A DNA stretch of 63,580 nt, filler included, from an uncultured Methanosarcinales archaeon (GTDB lineage: Archaea > Nanobdellota > Nanobdellia > Woesearchaeales > CAYVYK01), in assembly GCA_964455675.1 (NCBI GenBank). It is 5 parts of 4 records of this genome, joined end to end, with 100 filler letters (N's around TTAATTAATTAA, not from the genome) between each part and the next. Parts side by side here need not be neighbours in the genome. Positions count along the whole stretch, not along the records: positions 45,588 to 63,580 come from CAYVYK010000020.1; 4 more parts are not named here. The stretch is one strand, 5' to 3'. The notes below the pieces were generated by a model that was given only the letters and a program-made list of their open reading frames with translations, searched no databases and was not told the origin of the DNA. Made by a program: the position numbers and the translations under genes. Shown in pieces: positions 51,381-61,057 of this stretch (its first letter is position 1; the number at the start of each line of letters is the position of its first letter).

Positions 51381-53996
51381 ATGCAAGCACTCCTCATCAG
51401 CGCACGACGAGACACAAGCATCAAAGGCAGGAAAGAGTCCAGAATAACAGTTCTTGGAAGGCAACTCATTCCTCAAGATGGCGTTCTCTCCATTGGCCCA
51501 AGCATCGAACTTGAAGCCCGCGTGCGGCACCTCATCCCAACACGGGCCGTCCACGCATCCCTTCGAGTGCAAGATCTCGTGGAAGAAGGAAAACACCAAA
51601 TCGAAAAGATGTACCCAAGCTATGCGGAGACTGTGAGAGACATCGTTCTTTACGGACCATTCCCCGTAGGAAACGGCCACGTCAGGTACCAACTTGCGAT
51701 GCCACACCTTCCCACAACGATCCAGATCATGTGCTTTGGAGACCCATTCCAAAGCGCATCACCGCACAACGCAATCACGCAAGTCATCAACAGGAGACTA
51801 GCCATCCCGTACTCGATCGCAGAATATGAGGACGGACGAATCACCAAGATAGCTCGACCTGCAGATGTCGGTCTACTGCTGCGCGGAACATCCGTCACGT
51901 TCGATGAAGAAACACACAACTGGCAGACACTTCGGATCATGACGGACCTCGCGGAACTGACGAATGAAACAATAGATGCCATGTACGAGGCAACGCATGA
52001 CACGCATCATAAGATCCTTGAGCGCATGACACGACGGGACAAGGAACGAGCACTTGAAGATGTCGCAAACCTTGCGAGGGATGAACGCGTCACGATCCTT
52101 GCCGCAGAATATGGTGAGGAGGGGGTGCTCTTTACGACACTTGACGCAGGAACTGACACGATCATGGTGGATGTCAACGGGAAGAGCACGCGCTACAGGA
52201 TTGTGCGACTCAACGACACCAGGGAGATACAATCGGCGTTTGAACAGTACGTCGCAACGCACGATCCGCTCGAGATCGTAGGGTACAACCACCAGAAATT
52301 CGACATCATGAAGATCGGGGAAATCACCGGCGAGCGACTAAGGATTGGCACTCAAGGAAGGAAAGCACGAATCGTTTCAGGAAGCAATTTCCTCATGTAT
52401 CTTGACGTACCCGGCCGCGTGGTGCGCGACCCATTCCCCTACCACCAGCATCGCGGAAAGACAGTGAACAACAAACTCGCGACAGTGGCACACGATGTGC
52501 TCGGCATCCCCACACAGAAAGACATGACCCACGCCGAAGTCGCGATCATGACACGCATCGCAGAAGAATCGCAGGACGCGACAGAGAGGCAGAAGAGCGC
52601 GCACAAACTCCTGACATATTGCGCAAAAGACGTCATGATCACAGGGCAGATCGCGGACGCGGAACGAGAAGAGCATTATCGGCTCGCCCGATTTCACGCT
52701 TCGCCATGCAGCAGGATCAACACGGTATCACTGCGCAAACTTATCGAGGATGACTGGACGCGATGGCACGTGGAAAGGTATGGCAATTATCCACAAAAAA
52801 ATGTATCACGGACAGACTCATGCGAAGGAGCGTGGAACGCGTTTGACAGCGCCGCATGGGTTGCACGGCAGCTCCAGACACATCACAAGCATGACCGTTT
52901 CTTCTCCCCGGAACAAGGACTAAAAGAAGGCCACCTGATCGCATTCTTCCCGCTCACCAGGTTCTACGCACAAGAAATGAACGCACATCCGCGATTCCAA
53001 GAACTGCTTGCATTCATTTCGCAGGACAGCGATCCCAAACGACGGACAAGGATGAATCAAGATCTTGAAGCGTACGCAGAATGGCCAATCTTCCAAATGA
53101 TCGCGGACAGTCCAGGACCACTCCAGCTCGTCGACCGCGTTTCCCCCGAAGCGGACAGAGCATACTCACGCTGGTTTGGAGGGAGCGCACTCCTGAAGAA
53201 ACACATCGACGCATGGCACGAATTCCTCACAAAGGTCCAAGGCGATTTTCGCGGCATGAATGTCATCAATAGGAGCGACTTCCTGTACGTTGTCCTATCA
53301 GAAGCGCTAGATACAATTCCAACCGGAGCGGTATACCTTGGAAGGGGAAGATTCCTGTCCGGAAATCCCGGAAGATTTGTTGCGCTCATCGACGGACAGT
53401 ACATCAGCCCAGGCATCATGGACTTTGCGTCACAGAAGGGCGATCGGAACTCGTACACACGCGAGTTTAGCACAGGATTTATCGACCGTGCACTCGTACA
53501 GGATGATGCCGCAGGCGCACTTGCATTCGTCGACGAGCAATGCAAGAGATTCTGGAATGATGCGGCAGACCTCACATATACGCGCACCCTGCGGAGGGAC
53601 CCTCATCACTTCTCGCGCCGCGCACAAGCAGGGTATGTCGATATCGTCGCACGCATGGACGCGCGAAGCGGGGATGAAGTCCAGTATCACTATGAAAAGG
53701 ATGAACTAGCGAGCAAATACTTCGGCATCCAAACAGACGCGCGGGAAGCACAACTGAAACGACATGAACAGTACCTGAACGAACTCGCACATTGGGAACA
53801 GCACCAAAAGGAAGGCGGAAGCCTCTTTCCAAAACCGGAAGCTGTAGAAAAACCACAGCAGCACGAAGGATTCCTGAGGGAACTCGTGATGATGAGGTTC
53901 CCCGTAGATTACGGGTCAGCAGAAGCACAGGCACTTCATGAAATTCTCTCAGGGCGCGGAACGGCAGAGCACCACAGAATTCTCACGGAACGCTGA
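51381..53996 (+). CDS. Family-B DNA polymerase homologue with intact 3'-5' exonuclease motifs and apparently inactivated polymerase domain
   Basis: ExoI FDEET, ExoII GYNHQKFD, ExoIII YCAKD; no DxxSLYPS or YGDTDS, but thumb-like DLTYTRTLRRD and SGDEVQY. Confidence 0.78.
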   Translation: MQALLISARRDTSIKGRKESRITVLGRQLIPQDGVLSIGPSIELEARVRHLIPTRAVHASLRVQDLVEEGKHQIEKMYPSYAETVRDIVLYGPFPVGNGHVRYQLAMPHLPTTIQIMCFGDPFQSASPHNAITQVINRRLAIPYSIAEYEDGRITKIARPADVGLLLRGTSVTFDEETHNWQTLRIMTDLAELTNETIDAMYEATHDTHHKILERMTRRDKERALEDVANLARDERVTILAAEYGEEGVLFTTLDAGTDTIMVDVNGKSTRYRIVRLNDTREIQSAFEQYVATHDPLEIVGYNHQKFDIMKIGEITGERLRIGTQGRKARIVSGSNFLMYLDVPGRVVRDPFPYHQHRGKTVNNKLATVAHDVLGIPTQKDMTHAEVAIMTRIAEESQDATERQKSAHKLLTYCAKDVMITGQIADAEREEHYRLARFHASPCSRINTVSLRKLIEDDWTRWHVERYGNYPQKNVSRTDSCEGAWNAFDSAAWVARQLQTHHKHDRFFSPEQGLKEGHLIAFFPLTRFYAQEMNAHPRFQELLAFISQDSDPKRRTRMNQDLEAYAEWPIFQMIADSPGPLQLVDRVSPEADRAYSRWFGGSALLKKHIDAWHEFLTKVQGDFRGMNVINRSDFLYVVLSEALDTIPTGAVYLGRGRFLSGNPGRFVALIDGQYISPGIMDFASQKGDRNSYTREFSTGFIDRALVQDDAAGALAFVDEQCKRFWNDAADLTYTRTLRRDPHHFSRRAQAGYVDIVARMDARSGDEVQYHYEKDELASKYFGIQTDAREAQLKRHEQYLNELAHWEQHQKEGGSLFPKPEAVEKPQQHEGFLRELVMMRFPVDYGSAEAQALHEILSGRGTAEHHRILTER

Positions 53997-54765
53997 CCGT
54001 CTCATGCTTCTCGGTGACACTAGTCATCTTATACAGCTGCATGGCAGGAATGGACGCCATATCAACTAGACGATACGCAAGTTTGTCAGAACGATCATTC
54101 ACAGCCGCCACGATCTCGATTGCAGGCACATAACAGAACCCCGGATGATCATCAACGCGGCTGCCACCGGGCACTAAGCGTATACGAAGCTCTGCTTGGG
54201 GCTCTATGTGCAACGCGGGAGCCAATCCGACAAAAAGCCCGTACTCAAACAAGAAGCCAGAAAGAGCATCAATCGAAAGCGTCTCCCTCCCCCTGGCGTA
54301 CGCGAGACGAACCGTGTCCATGAGGGCTCCCTCCCGCTCTGGAAACCTCTCATCAAGAGCCTTCTGAAATCTAGCGATATTCTTCGGAAGATCCAGACGA
54401 TCCATGAGAACCTTGCCATGCAATCCGTCCGTCAGCAACGGAACACGCTTCCCCTCATTCCAGTAGCTCTCCCTCGGCCTCGGAGTACCAGGACGGTCAA
54501 ACTGCAATTCCGCGTAGATCATCTCATTAAAGGCTTCAACAGAATCAAGATCGGCATCTGTAGCGTTCGGATGCAGCCTCTTCGCTTCCTGCCGAAACAT
54601 CTCCTCAAGCGTCTCCTCGGAACAATGATGAAAGTCAAGCACGCCATGACGCGCCTCAACATGCGCCATCGTCATGTACTCGGAGAATTCCTTTGGGAGA
54701 ATACACGTTGTATCGATCACCATACGTCTGGATATACAGTGCTTCTGTGGATGGAGTTTTTGCAT
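53983..54765 (-). CDS. Hypothetical protein
   Basis: 260-codon ORF convergent with the PolB homologue; start uncertain. Confidence 0.6.
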   Translation of the reverse strand: MQKLHPQKHCISRRMVIDTTCILPKEFSEYMTMAHVEARHGVLDFHHCSEETLEEMFRQEAKRLHPNATDADLDSVEAFNEMIYAELQFDRPGTPRPRESYWNEGKRVPLLTDGLHGKVLMDRLDLPKNIARFQKALDERFPEREGALMDTVRLAYARGRETLSIDALSGFLFEYGLFVGLAPALHIEPQAELRIRLVPGGSRVDDHPGFCYVPAIEIVAAVNDRSDKLAYRLVDMASIPAMQLYKMTSVTEKHETVSVP

Positions 54766-54924
54766 AGCACTCGGAAGTCTGTCCTGCGTTAAAAAGATTT
54801 CTTTATGCGTACGGAGGATTATTCTAGGACGACCTCTGCAGTTGAAGGTGCTTGCTTAGAATTGGAATGCCGGCCTCCCGACGGTCAAAGAAGAACTCAA
54901 TACAGAGCCTCATAATACTTAAGG

Positions 54925-54980
54925 AGGACGGTCAGCCTCCCGCTGGTCGGCTGGTTTCGGTCGCCATCTTAAAGACGGGC
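54925..54980 (+). repeat. Family B hairpin repeat, second copy
   Basis: AGGACGGTCAGCCTCCCGCTGGTCGGCTG...ACGGGC. Confidence 0.75.
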
Positions 54981-55086
54981 TTTAATGATGGCTTTGCTGT
55001 GTGGATGGTTGATGGGGAGTACAGATACGCTAGGAATAATTACTATCCACAATATAGATCATCTTTAGTGTGCATGATAGATACGT

Positions 55087-56178
55087 TCATTCCTCAAAAT
55101 GTCTGTCCATGGAGTACATTTTCATATAATTGTGGAAGAGCCCCAAGCACGGTTTGGTTCTCAGTTTGACTTTATCTCCAGGATTGAATGCCGCAAAAAT
55201 ATGTGTGTGCTCGACCGCACCTGAACCACGTATTCCCTGTGAGGGCATGATATGGTAATCTGCGCTATGTTTGACTCCAAAACACGCGAGAAATTGCTGA
55301 AGATACTCTCGCACAGCACGTGCAATGACGTCTCCCTCTCTTCCGCAGGATCCTGGCGCGCATCGAATGATTGTACCAACAAAAATGTCATCAGGATGGT
55401 GGTCTTCCGTCCAATGTTCTATTGAGTAAGGATCTGCATTCACCGTACCCTCTCTCGCATATCTTTCTGTGAACTTATGAACTCTCTGCCACACTTGGTT
55501 GGAAACGTTATTGAGGATATTTCGGTCTGTTCCAGGAAGTTGTAACTGTCTATGTTCCTTTTCAGATGCCGCTTCTAGGAGAAATGCCAAACTTGCCTCT
55601 ACGCTGCCATACACCCTCACCATTTCATCTGCTGCCACGCCAGGAACCCCTCGGTTCCAGCCACCGTAACAGCCATGCCTCTGGAGGATAAGACGAAGCG
55701 TTTTCACCTCTCTTCGTCCTCTATCATCAAATGGTGTAATCATCTCGTTATAAACAAATTCAGCATTCGCCTGATAGACCTCTTCTGTGTAGAGAGCCAT
55801 GCTGACATTAAAATCCCCGCAGTTAAGCACGCCGATCACTTTGTGGTATTTCTCGTCTGTATGCGTGTGCCCTCCACGACTGAATGGTGCCATTAAAGAT
55901 CTCTCAAGCCCTTTGGGTATTTCTGAAACGTCAACAATGACATTGAGGTCAACATCGGGAGGAAATAACTTGTATTTTCCTCGAGGATCAAGAATGTAGG
56001 TCTTGCGTGTTTTTCCCGTGGAGCCATTATTTACGACCCTTCCTTGAACTCCCTGTTCCCTGAGCACTCGTTCGAGGCGCGTCGTGACATACCGTTCATA
56101 CGTTTCAATCTCTTCCTCTAAATGAACGCTGTCCACCTGTTCCCTAACATCATCAAGAGTGCAAAGGTCCCCCACCAT
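55087..56178 (-). CDS. Pol-beta-superfamily nucleotidyltransferase, divergent archaeal CCA-enzyme-like
   Basis: NGSTGK...DVD catalytic motif; EVKTLRLILQRHGCYGG..GVPGVAADEMVRVYGS resembles the class I CCA neck/body motif. Confidence 0.65.
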   Translation of the reverse strand: MVGDLCTLDDVREQVDSVHLEEEIETYERYVTTRLERVLREQGVQGRVVNNGSTGKTRKTYILDPRGKYKLFPPDVDLNVIVDVSEIPKGLERSLMAPFSRGGHTHTDEKYHKVIGVLNCGDFNVSMALYTEEVYQANAEFVYNEMITPFDDRGRREVKTLRLILQRHGCYGGWNRGVPGVAADEMVRVYGSVEASLAFLLEAASEKEHRQLQLPGTDRNILNNVSNQVWQRVHKFTERYAREGTVNADPYSIEHWTEDHHPDDIFVGTIIRCAPGSCGREGDVIARAVREYLQQFLACFGVKHSADYHIMPSQGIRGSGAVEHTHIFAAFNPGDKVKLRTKPCLGLFHNYMKMYSMDRHFEE

Positions 56179-56244
56179 CCTAGAAAGGATTCCTCCTGGA
56201 TTTATTAATATTGCCGGAAGCGAAACGGTGCTGAAAAGGGAAAT

Positions 56245-56386
56245 CGCCAGGACAGATCAAAGATTTTTAAGCCCTGGCACTGTCTTCGTGCGCTTCGCTC
56301 ACTACGCCAGCGCCAGGATTTGGAACCAGCCTTTCTTTTAGCCTCCCCTACGGGTCGGCAAAAGAAAGCCTGGGGAAAGAAAAAAA
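56245..56386 (-). repeat. tRNA-linked repeats with copies of the tRNA-Ser(CGA) 3' end
   Basis: CGCCAGCGCCAGGATTTG at 56305-56322 duplicates 56387-56404; CGCCAGGA at ~56245; palindromes between them. Confidence 0.85.
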
Positions 56387-56471
56387 TCGCCAGCGCCAGG
56401 ATTTGAACCTGGAATTCCTTGCGGAAAGCGGTTTTCGAGACCGCCGCAGTACCGGATTGTGCCACGCTGGC
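56387..56471 (-). tRNA. tRNA-Ser(CGA)
   Basis: GCCAGCG acceptor, GCGGT-CTCGAAA-ACCGC, long variable arm, CCAGG-TTCAAAT-CCTGG, G73. Confidence 0.93.
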
Positions 56472-56520
56472 AGGATACTGTAGCAAGTGGGTCAGAACTT
56501 TAAAAGGCTTATGCTCACAA

Positions 56521-56635
56521 TTCTTTTTCGCCAGCATTTTTCTTGCCGATCGGGCGAGGTAAGAAAAAGCTGCGTCTCTACCGGATTGTGCCACGCTGGC
56601 AGGAACCAGAAGCTATTCGATACTTTTTAAACTTG
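56521..56635 (-). repeat. Palindromic element plus duplicate of the tRNA-Ser(CGA) 5' end and promoter
   Basis: TACCGGATTGTGCCACGCTGGCAGGA at 56579-56604 equals 56450-56475; the intervening hairpin resembles 176-235. Confidence 0.88.
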
Positions 56636-56656
56636 CCGCAGGTATGAAGTGTGGGA

Positions 56657-57673
56657 TTATTGTAACGGCAACTCAATAGGCGTGGCAGCAATATACATCG
56701 AGAACTTTGTGGGCGTCTGGGTCAGAGGAATGGGCTCAAAATAGTAATGACCCTCCAGCGGAACAGATGCTGCAAGAGTGTGCCTACCATCAAGCGAACC
56801 GCCAAACTTTCGCTCGTATTGATTACCTCGGACGTCGGTAACAAGGATACTTGAAGGATCAAAAACCGCAGACCGATTCGCGGTAACCCGAAGATCGATA
56901 CGGTAATAGCTGGGACTTGTGCCAATCGGGACAAGTGGGCTAAAATGACCCGCACGGATGACCGTAATGTTGTAGATACCACTTGAGATCCTGTTTGCTA
57001 GGAAGTGAGCGGATGCCTTGAACAAGCGATCATTCTCGGCTTTCAATTCATCAACAGAAAACTTCGGAAGATTGTCAACATTCGCCTGGACCCTGTAAAC
57101 CTTACCAAACACGGTAACTGATAGCTGCGCAGTCCCCGCCGATGTCGGCGACTTATTCACAAGCGCCGTCGGAATGAGGTACGAAAACGCCACTCCTTGC
57201 CTTCCGGCAATCTGCTCCGTCACGAAATCAGCATATACCATCGGGACAGTCTCGCTATAGACGATATTCTGCCCCTCGCTTACGAGGTTAAGCTGTATTG
57301 AACCTGTCTGCGCGACATACTTACCCTGCAAATCCTGCATGGCAAAGCGGAGCTCATAGTGGGTTGAATTCCGCATGAGCAAGCGTAAGTTGCCAACTGA
57401 TGAAGGCTCACCCACAGCGCCAAGCACAACCGGATTAATCTCGGTCACGGGGGTTGGCGTCGGAACCTGTGAAGCCGTGGGAAGTGGAGGAAGGGTGATG
57501 AGCGGAGTTGGAGATGGTGTTCTTTCCTCCGTATCACAGATATTATTCTGATTTGCATCCAAACAACATGAAGTTCCTACGAGGATGTAAGGATCATTAC
57601 AGACAACCTTTGGGGAGCACGCTGCAAGGGTAATCACAAAAAGCGCAATCAGGACGGGCATGAGATATTTCAT
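56657..57673 (-). CDS. Lipoprotein-like surface protein
   Basis: LAAC lipobox, CNDPYILVGTSCCLDANQNNICD motif, Pro/Thr linker, beta-rich domains. Confidence 0.8.
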   Translation of the reverse strand: MKYLMPVLIALFVITLAACSPKVVCNDPYILVGTSCCLDANQNNICDTEERTPSPTPLITLPPLPTASQVPTPTPVTEINPVVLGAVGEPSSVGNLRLLMRNSTHYELRFAMQDLQGKYVAQTGSIQLNLVSEGQNIVYSETVPMVYADFVTEQIAGRQGVAFSYLIPTALVNKSPTSAGTAQLSVTVFGKVYRVQANVDNLPKFSVDELKAENDRLFKASAHFLANRISSGIYNITVIRAGHFSPLVPIGTSPSYYRIDLRVTANRSAVFDPSSILVTDVRGNQYERKFGGSLDGRHTLAASVPLEGHYYFEPIPLTQTPTKFSMYIAATPIELPLQ

Positions 57674-57881
57674 ACTAGGTATTTATAGCTATAAGTATAA
57701 AAATGCTGTGCTGAAATACCAGGATTCCTCTCAACAAATCCTCGTTCGTTTTCTTCCAACATGAAACCCTTTCCCGATATACACATACGCTAATCATGGA
57801 TTAAGTCCGCACATGTAAAATTTATGTTACATTTTCGATACATTTATATATGTAATATATTTTTTACATTGCGGTGAGAAT

Positions 57882-58310
57882 ATGATCGGTAAACCAACAT
57901 GGTTCGCACGACGCAAATATTCCGGATGGGGATTTGTCCCCCGGACATGGCAGGGATGGGTATACATCGCCGCACTGATACTTCCCATCGTGGCATTCCA
58001 GTCAATTCCTTATTGGAGCACAACTACCAGGATTGCCGTCACAGCAGTGTGGTTCGTCCTATTCGGCATTGACGCAATTGACATCATGATCCACCTCAAG
58101 AAGGACGAACGAGAAGTGATGCACGAGGCAATCGCGGAACGCAACGTCGCATGGTTCATGGTGATTGTCCTTGCCGCCGGAATCGCATATCAATCCGCCA
58201 GGAGCGCGGCAAGCGGTAGCGTTAGCATCGATCCATGGATGGTCATCGCGCTCGTCGGCGGACTCCTTGTCAAGATCGCGACAAACCTCTATATGGAGCA
58301 CAAGGCATGA
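57882..58310 (+). CDS. Membrane protein (DUF2178-like)
   Basis: WF.R..Y.GWG..P.TWQGW, KDERE; coupled to an XRE regulator. Confidence 0.75.
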   Translation: MIGKPTWFARRKYSGWGFVPRTWQGWVYIAALILPIVAFQSIPYWSTTTRIAVTAVWFVLFGIDAIDIMIHLKKDEREVMHEAIAERNVAWFMVIVLAAGIAYQSARSAASGSVSIDPWMVIALVGGLLVKIATNLYMEHKA

Positions 58311-58507
58311 AGACACTCATCACGGAACTACGCAAGAAGAAAAAGATGACGCAGGAGGAACTTGCCACTCGCGTTGATGCTACAAGGCAAACCATCATCG
58401 CGCTTGAGCAAGGAAGATACAATCCGTCACTATTCCTTGCGTACAGGATCACAGTTGCGCTTGGGAAGAAGAATGTCCAAGATGTGTTCATCCTCAAGGA
58501 GCGATAG
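58307..58507 (+). CDS. XRE-family HTH transcriptional regulator
   Basis: [29 protein letters not shown]. Confidence 0.93.
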   Translation: MKTLITELRKKKKMTQEELATRVDATRQTIIALEQGRYNPSLFLAYRITVALGKKNVQDVFILKER

Positions 58508-58538
58508 ATTCCTCAAGGAGGTTACGCAATACTATTGT

Positions 58539-58784
58539 TCATTGTTTCCTATCCGACGTCATTTTCCTGCCTTTCTTGGGATTCGACACCCTCATGAGCA
58601 CAAGACAAATCATCGCAACAGAAGCAAGAATTATTCCGTCAAACACTTGGGGATTTCTTGCCGTGAGACTATCGAACGTGCTATGACCGGTCAGTGCTTG
58701 GACACCTCCGCTGCCAATGAGTACTGAGAGGATACCTATGCCTAGCCCGATGAGCACGCCTGTGAGGAGAACGGTATACTTCAT
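58539..58784 (-). CDS. Small two-TM protein
   Basis: Hydrophobic ORF with ATGA overlap to the upstream gene. Confidence 0.6.
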   Translation of the reverse strand: MKYTVLLTGVLIGLGIGILSVLIGSGGVQALTGHSTFDSLTARNPQVFDGIILASVAMICLVLMRVSNPKKGRKMTSDRKQ

Positions 58785-59029
58785 CTTGGCTTCCTCCGAC
58801 TCTCAAACACCCAGATGATTCCATCGGGAGTGTACTCCACTTTCTTACTCTCCCACAAATATTTCAGAATCTGCTGAAGTGTCCCGTGCATAACCTGACG
58901 GGAGAGACTTTTCTTTAGGCCAGGAATCTTGATAGGACTCTTCCCTTTTCTCAGAACACGCTCTACCATGAGGACGGTTGCCAAGTTCGGCATTCGGCCG
59001 GAATTATGCATGCTATGTGTTAATAACAC
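58781..59029 (-). CDS. Small winged-helix-like protein
   Basis: PNLATVLMVE..L...LKKSL..QVM..TL..IL.YL.ES.K; start uncertain. Confidence 0.65.
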   Translation of the reverse strand: MLLTHSMHNSGRMPNLATVLMVERVLRKGKSPIKIPGLKKSLSRQVMHGTLQQILKYLWESKKVEYTPDGIIWVFESRRKPR

Positions 59030-59250
59030 TACTGGTATATTAATATATCTTTTGTGTATCTAAGTATCTATTTTGTATATCAAATGATACTTACAGCTGT
59101 TTATCTCCACAAGAATACGAAGAACATGTAATCGGCTCCAGATGAGAATCATTGCCGCTCTGAATAGATCTACACTGCTAATTCAAGGATTACGCCTTTT
59201 TTACCAGTAATTATGAAACAATAGGGTGGTTACTCATCCTTTCACAACAC

Positions 59251-59841
59251 TCATACGGTCTCGCGATCCGCATCAAGCACCCGCTGCACCAGGGAGCGAT
59301 ACATACTGCGGCCACTCACACCATCCAACGAACCGAGCAAGTCCTTGTCACGATCAAACAGAACCACTACATCACGACAATCGATCGGCCACAAGATATG
59401 AACTTCCCCAGGAAGAAAATCTGCCACAATACGATCTGGGATGTACGGCCGGACATCAATCGCAAGAAGAACAGGATAACCAAATCGAAAACTCGGAAGC
59501 AAGAGACCTGTAACAGAATCATACCGGCCCCCCTTGACACGCGGAAGGTAGGACCTTTCCGGAGAGTTATGTAACACTTCGGAGGGCTCCTTCGCTGAGC
59601 GCGACAACGCATAGAGGATGGCATCCGCACAATTGTACGCAACAAGCGTCCTCTGCGATGAAGGATCCCCCGTATAGAACTCCGTCCCTCGCCTTGAGGT
59701 TATGGACGAACGAAATTTTCCACGTTCCCCGCCGCGAAAACGAAGGATCGGGCGAGTCCAGTCAAAGGGGGGAACATCAAAACGGTCAAGGAGGGGATCC
59801 TTTTTTTCGCGAAGAAGAGCGATAACATCATGCTCGTCCAT
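59251..59841 (-). CDS. Hypothetical protein, possible ADP-ribosyltransferase-like fold
   Basis: FRG..FYT..A.LYA..PVLLAIDV..GEV ordering; start taken at ATG 59841, divergent from pfk. Confidence 0.5.
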   Translation of the reverse strand: MDEHDVIALLREKKDPLLDRFDVPPFDWTRPILRFRGGERGKFRSSITSRRGTEFYTGDPSSQRTLVAYNCADAILYALSRSAKEPSEVLHNSPERSYLPRVKGGRYDSVTGLLLPSFRFGYPVLLAIDVRPYIPDRIVADFLPGEVHILWPIDCRDVVVLFDRDKDLLGSLDGVSGRSMYRSLVQRVLDADRETV

Positions 59842-59914
59842 ATACCGGGTGAATACAACTCGATTTAAAAGAATAGAGGTCAGATTAATAAATCGCAAAA
59901 GATTCTCCGCAATC

Positions 59915-61057
59915 ATGAAAAAACGCCTTGGAATCCTCACAGGAGGAGGGGACTGCCCCGGACTCAACAATGCGATAAAGCAGATCGTTCTTGACGCACA
60001 GCACCATGGATTTACAGTGGAAGGACTCACAGAAGGATGGAAGGGCCCTTTGATGTACCTATCCGGGAAGGCACCACTTCGGACAATCACGCTGCCTTTA
60101 AACATTGTTGCCGTACGCAGAGTCAACCGCGAAGGGGGCACGATGCTCATGAGCAGCAGGGCAAACCCCTTCAGGTATCAAGAGCAGGACCTTTCCGACA
60201 AGATGGTCGACTTCCTCAACGGAAGGTACCATAGCGTGATCACGATCGGAGGAGAGGACACGAATGGCGCAGCAGGACGCCTTGTACTCAAAGGAGCTCG
60301 GCTCATCGGCGTCCCAAAAACGATCGATAAGGACCTCTGCGGAACAGACGTCACCCTTGGATTTGAGAGCGCCGTAGACTTCGTCGCAGAAAGCCTCTAC
60401 AGGCTGCGGAGCACGGCAGGGTCACACGGCACCGTCTACTTTGTCGAAATCATGGGAAGACACGCAGGACACCTCGCCTACCACGGAGCGCTTGCAGGAG
60501 ACGCACACTTCCTGACAATACCTGAAGTTGAGATTGAACCAGAAGAACTCTACGAGCGCATCGCGGAACGACGAGGATCACTCCCCATGCAGCGAGGGTA
60601 TACCCGCGATGGACGAAGATATGCCATCGTAGCCATCGCAGAAGGAACACGGCCGAAAGGAGAGGGACTGATCGGCGAAGAAAAAGTCGACGATCACAAC
60701 AACAGATACATCACAGGAGTCGCACGACGATTCGCGGAAGGATTTAAAGTTGCGACGGGATATGATGTACGAGTGTGCGAACTGCGACACCTGCAGCGCG
60801 GTGGATCCCCATCACATAAAGACAGAATCCTCGGACGGATGTTTGGAAAACACGCCGTGGCACTTGCAGAGGAAGGAACGTTTGGACGAATGGTTGCAAT
60901 CCAACAGAATTCCATCACGGACGTACCACTCGAAATGGTCATCGGACGGATGAGAGTGCTTGACGCATCTGAATGCTATGACGCAAAGAACTGCATCCCA
61001 ATCCCAGGAACCAAACTCTATCATGAAGTCGAGGTTGCAAAACCCAACAATGATTAA
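59915..61057 (+). CDS. pfkA: PfkA-family phosphofructokinase (group III, probably PPi-dependent)
   Basis: LTGGGDCPGLN, GGT, GGEDT, PKTID, EIMGR, HLQRGG. Confidence 0.93.
   Translation: MKKRLGILTGGGDCPGLNNAIKQIVLDAQHHGFTVEGLTEGWKGPLMYLSGKAPLRTITLPLNIVAVRRVNREGGTMLMSSRANPFRYQEQDLSDKMVDFLNGRYHSVITIGGEDTNGAAGRLVLKGARLIGVPKTIDKDLCGTDVTLGFESAVDFVAESLYRLRSTAGSHGTVYFVEIMGRHAGHLAYHGALAGDAHFLTIPEVEIEPEELYERIAERRGSLPMQRGYTRDGRRYAIVAIAEGTRPKGEGLIGEEKVDDHNNRYITGVARRFAEGFKVATGYDVRVCELRHLQRGGSPSHKDRILGRMFGKHAVALAEEGTFGRMVAIQQNSITDVPLEMVIGRMRVLDASECYDAKNCIPIPGTKLYHEVEVAKPNND

Noticed and set aside
48977..56471. Casposon or provirus
   Set aside because: No Cas1, integrase, capsid gene or terminal inverted repeats seen, and the PolB lacks polymerase catalytic motifs.
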